From contig CAVZRV010000011.1 in the NCBI GenBank assembly GCA_963777605.1, forward strand, positions 192,001 through 256,000: a stretch of DNA of 64,000 nucleotides, written 5' to 3'. Source of the DNA: an uncultured Acidobacteriota bacterium (GTDB taxonomy: Bacteria; Acidobacteriota; UBA6911; RPQK01; JAPXNP01). Below, piece by piece: positions 62,225-64,000 of this stretch. The position numbers and the translations under genes were made by a program. The notes beneath the pieces are model-generated. The model searched no databases, was not told the DNA's origin, and saw only the letters and a list, made by a program, of their open reading frames with translations. Within the stretch, counting starts at the first letter, position 1; every line of letters begins with the position of its first letter.

Positions 62225-62239
62225 TCACTCCCAATCAAA

Positions 62240-62295
62240 GCACGAGGGCTCGGGGCACGAGAGGGCTCGGGGGGCACGAGGGTTCGGGGGACACT
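62240..62295. repeat. Three tandem G-rich repeats
   Basis: GCACGAGGGCTCGGG / GCACGAGAGGGCTCGGGGG / GCACGAGGGTTCGGGGGACAC. Confidence 0.8.
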
Positions 62296-62480
62296 CCCTC
62301 CTCCCTGATCCGAGCGCCAGGTCGAGATCAGGGAGGACGGGGACTAACAATCGGGATTCAAGCGAGGGCGCCATTTTGGCTGGGCCTCCAGGAATCTAAC
62401 CGAATCCGATACAAGTTCGTGCAATAATCGCTATCAGTCAATCCTAATCGGTACAAGCAACAGGAGAGGGGCAACCACGG

Positions 62481-63140
62481 GTGTTCCTGGGCCATTACGG
62501 CATCGGACTTGGCGCAAAAGGTGCCGCTCCTAGAGTCTCTTTGGGGACACTGTTCCTGGCGGCTCAGTTCTTGGACCTGCTTTGGCCTACTCTGATCTTG
62601 GTCCACTTGGAGACGGTCAAAATCAAACCAGGTGCAACCAAGCTCACTCCGCTCAATTTCGTGAGTTACCCCATCTCGCACAGCCTACTGATGGCATTGG
62701 TCTGGGGTTTACTTATTGGCGGTGTCTACTGGCTTCAGAAGAGAAACACGAGAGGAGCCTTGGTAGTCGGCATCTGCGTCGTGAGTCACTGGCTTCTTGA
62801 TATGGTCGTACACAGACCGGACCTCCCGCTCTTTCCTGGTGGGTCGTTTCGAGCAGGACTGGGTCTCTGGAATATGCCCGCGAGGGCCATATTCGTGGAA
62901 GGATTAGTGTTTCTCTTTGGGCTCACGATCTATGGGCGCATCACCAAGGCCAAGAACACGTCTGGCCGGATAGGTTTCGGGGCCCTGGTCTTGATATTGT
63001 CCTTGATCTACATCGCAAACATCGCTGGTCCGCCGCCACCAAGTACCGGCGCAATTGCTTGGGCGGGTCAACTCCAGTGGATATTTGTTGCCTGGGCGTA
63101 TTGGATTGATCGGAACCGGACGGCGAAGGTGCCTGCGTGA
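62481..63140 (+). CDS. Membrane-bound metal-dependent hydrolase-like protein (YdjM-like)
   Basis: MFLGH, D.LWP, SHSL, SHWLLD..VH.PDLPL, GLGLWN; multiple TM helices. Confidence 0.8.
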   Translation: MFLGHYGIGLGAKGAAPRVSLGTLFLAAQFLDLLWPTLILVHLETVKIKPGATKLTPLNFVSYPISHSLLMALVWGLLIGGVYWLQKRNTRGALVVGICVVSHWLLDMVVHRPDLPLFPGGSFRAGLGLWNMPARAIFVEGLVFLFGLTIYGRITKAKNTSGRIGFGALVLILSLIYIANIAGPPPPSTGAIAWAGQLQWIFVAWAYWIDRNRTAKVPA

Positions 63141-63174
63141 TGACCTATGCTCCGTTTAGGCCATCGGAAAGCGG

Positions 63175-64000
63175 TTAGCGAAGCGCGTACAGGTTGGCGA
63201 CGCCAAGGGGAACTGGGCTGCGATCGCGGTTGTAGACGCCTCGGGAACGGTAGTGGGCGAGGATCTGCTTCACGTGTTCCTCGTCCGCCACGACAACTCC
63301 CCGTGTGAAGTGTGGGATCGATTTCAGGTAGCAGCCCCGGTCGATCCCCTCCCGCTCCATCCGCTCGGCCAACTCAATCGGAATGCGCCGGTCATTCGCC
63401 TTTGACGGCTTCGTTCCTCTCCAGTAGAGCAGACCCCAGTAGAGCCGTTCACTCTCCCGCCGGTCACTTACGCCTGTCAGATCCTCTATCGGAGTCAGCC
63501 AGTCGTCCCGTTTATGGCGCCGTAACCAAGCCGACGAAAAACACCAGTTTTCCGGTCGGATCACTAACCCTGCCCTTACCGCGTTCAAATCGACGTAGAA
63601 AACAGTCTCAAGTAGGTTGTTCGACTCGGTCAACTGAAAACGGTCGGCCCAGAATCGTCCTCGGCGATTGTAGCGCCGATTGTACCATCGGGCATAAGTC
63701 GACTGGAGGTTCCGCATCAATTCACTGACGTTGAACAGGCGGCGGTTGAACTGCTCCCACTGGCAGTCGTTCCAACGCTGGTGCGGCTGGTAACGAGGAT
63801 CGGGATAAAACCGCTGGGCAGTCTTCCAAAGCCGATCACGAGAGAGCTTCCGATAGGCCTGGAAGCGTAAAACGAGGTGGTAGTGGCTACCAAGGATGTT
63901 AAACGAGCCAACAGAGCAGGAATAGAGTGAGGTGAAGCGGTGGATCAAGGCGGCAAGTTGACGAGCGTTTTCGGGCTTCTGGAGGGGGAAATCCCCGATA
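63175..64000 (-). mobile_element. REP-associated tyrosine transposase (RAYT, Y1 HUH family); 5' end beyond window
   Basis: HYHLV HUH motif, MRNL.S.YARWYNRR..RRG.FW.DRF, YVDLNAVRAGLV..PE.W.FSS; frame stays open to the window edge. Confidence 0.88.

Noticed and set aside
62240-62295. CRISPR array
   Set aside because: The repeats are directly adjacent with no spacers, and there are no cas genes.
1-64000. tRNA (including selC), rRNA, prophage or defence-system genes
   Set aside because: None recognised by eye; the Sec machinery, if present, must lie outside this window.

Overview
A ~60% GC bacterial window. The gene content and repeat-rich secreted proteins suggest Acidobacteriota or a similar lineage (inference only). 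It holds about 45 genes. I saw no rRNA, tRNA or CRISPR array. Main blocks: (1) 1-8.4 kb, minus strand: RND pump, trmB, apbE, a NapC/NirT tetraheme cytochrome fused to an FGE/SUMF1-fold domain, and a Tat-exported Gfo/Idh/MocA oxidoreductase. (2) Ankyrin lipoprotein, enolase-superfamily enzyme and a ~1900-aa LRR/DUF11 secreted protein. (3) Fur-boxed feoB-feoA, a sigma54 two-component system and czcCBA with a ccmH-like gene. (4) Sugar, glycoprotein and tartrate catabolic genes. (5) A mosaic accessory end (55-64 kb) with gene remnants, a high-GC P-type ATPase, a diguanylate cyclase and a RAYT-type transposase. Two candidates stand out. First, an outer-membrane beta-barrel gene (50276-51390) missed by the ORF track: it has an in-frame TGA at codon 30, just after the signal peptide, followed by a SECIS-like hairpin, making it a candidate selenoprotein. 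Second, a putative extracytoplasmic redox chain (Gfo/Idh/MocA, FGE-fold domain with an FMN-attachment-like DAITGPT motif, NapC hemes, quinone pool) encoded next to apbE. Caveat: at least nine +1 frameshifts suggest insertion errors in the assembly, so single-base claims need read-level confirmation.
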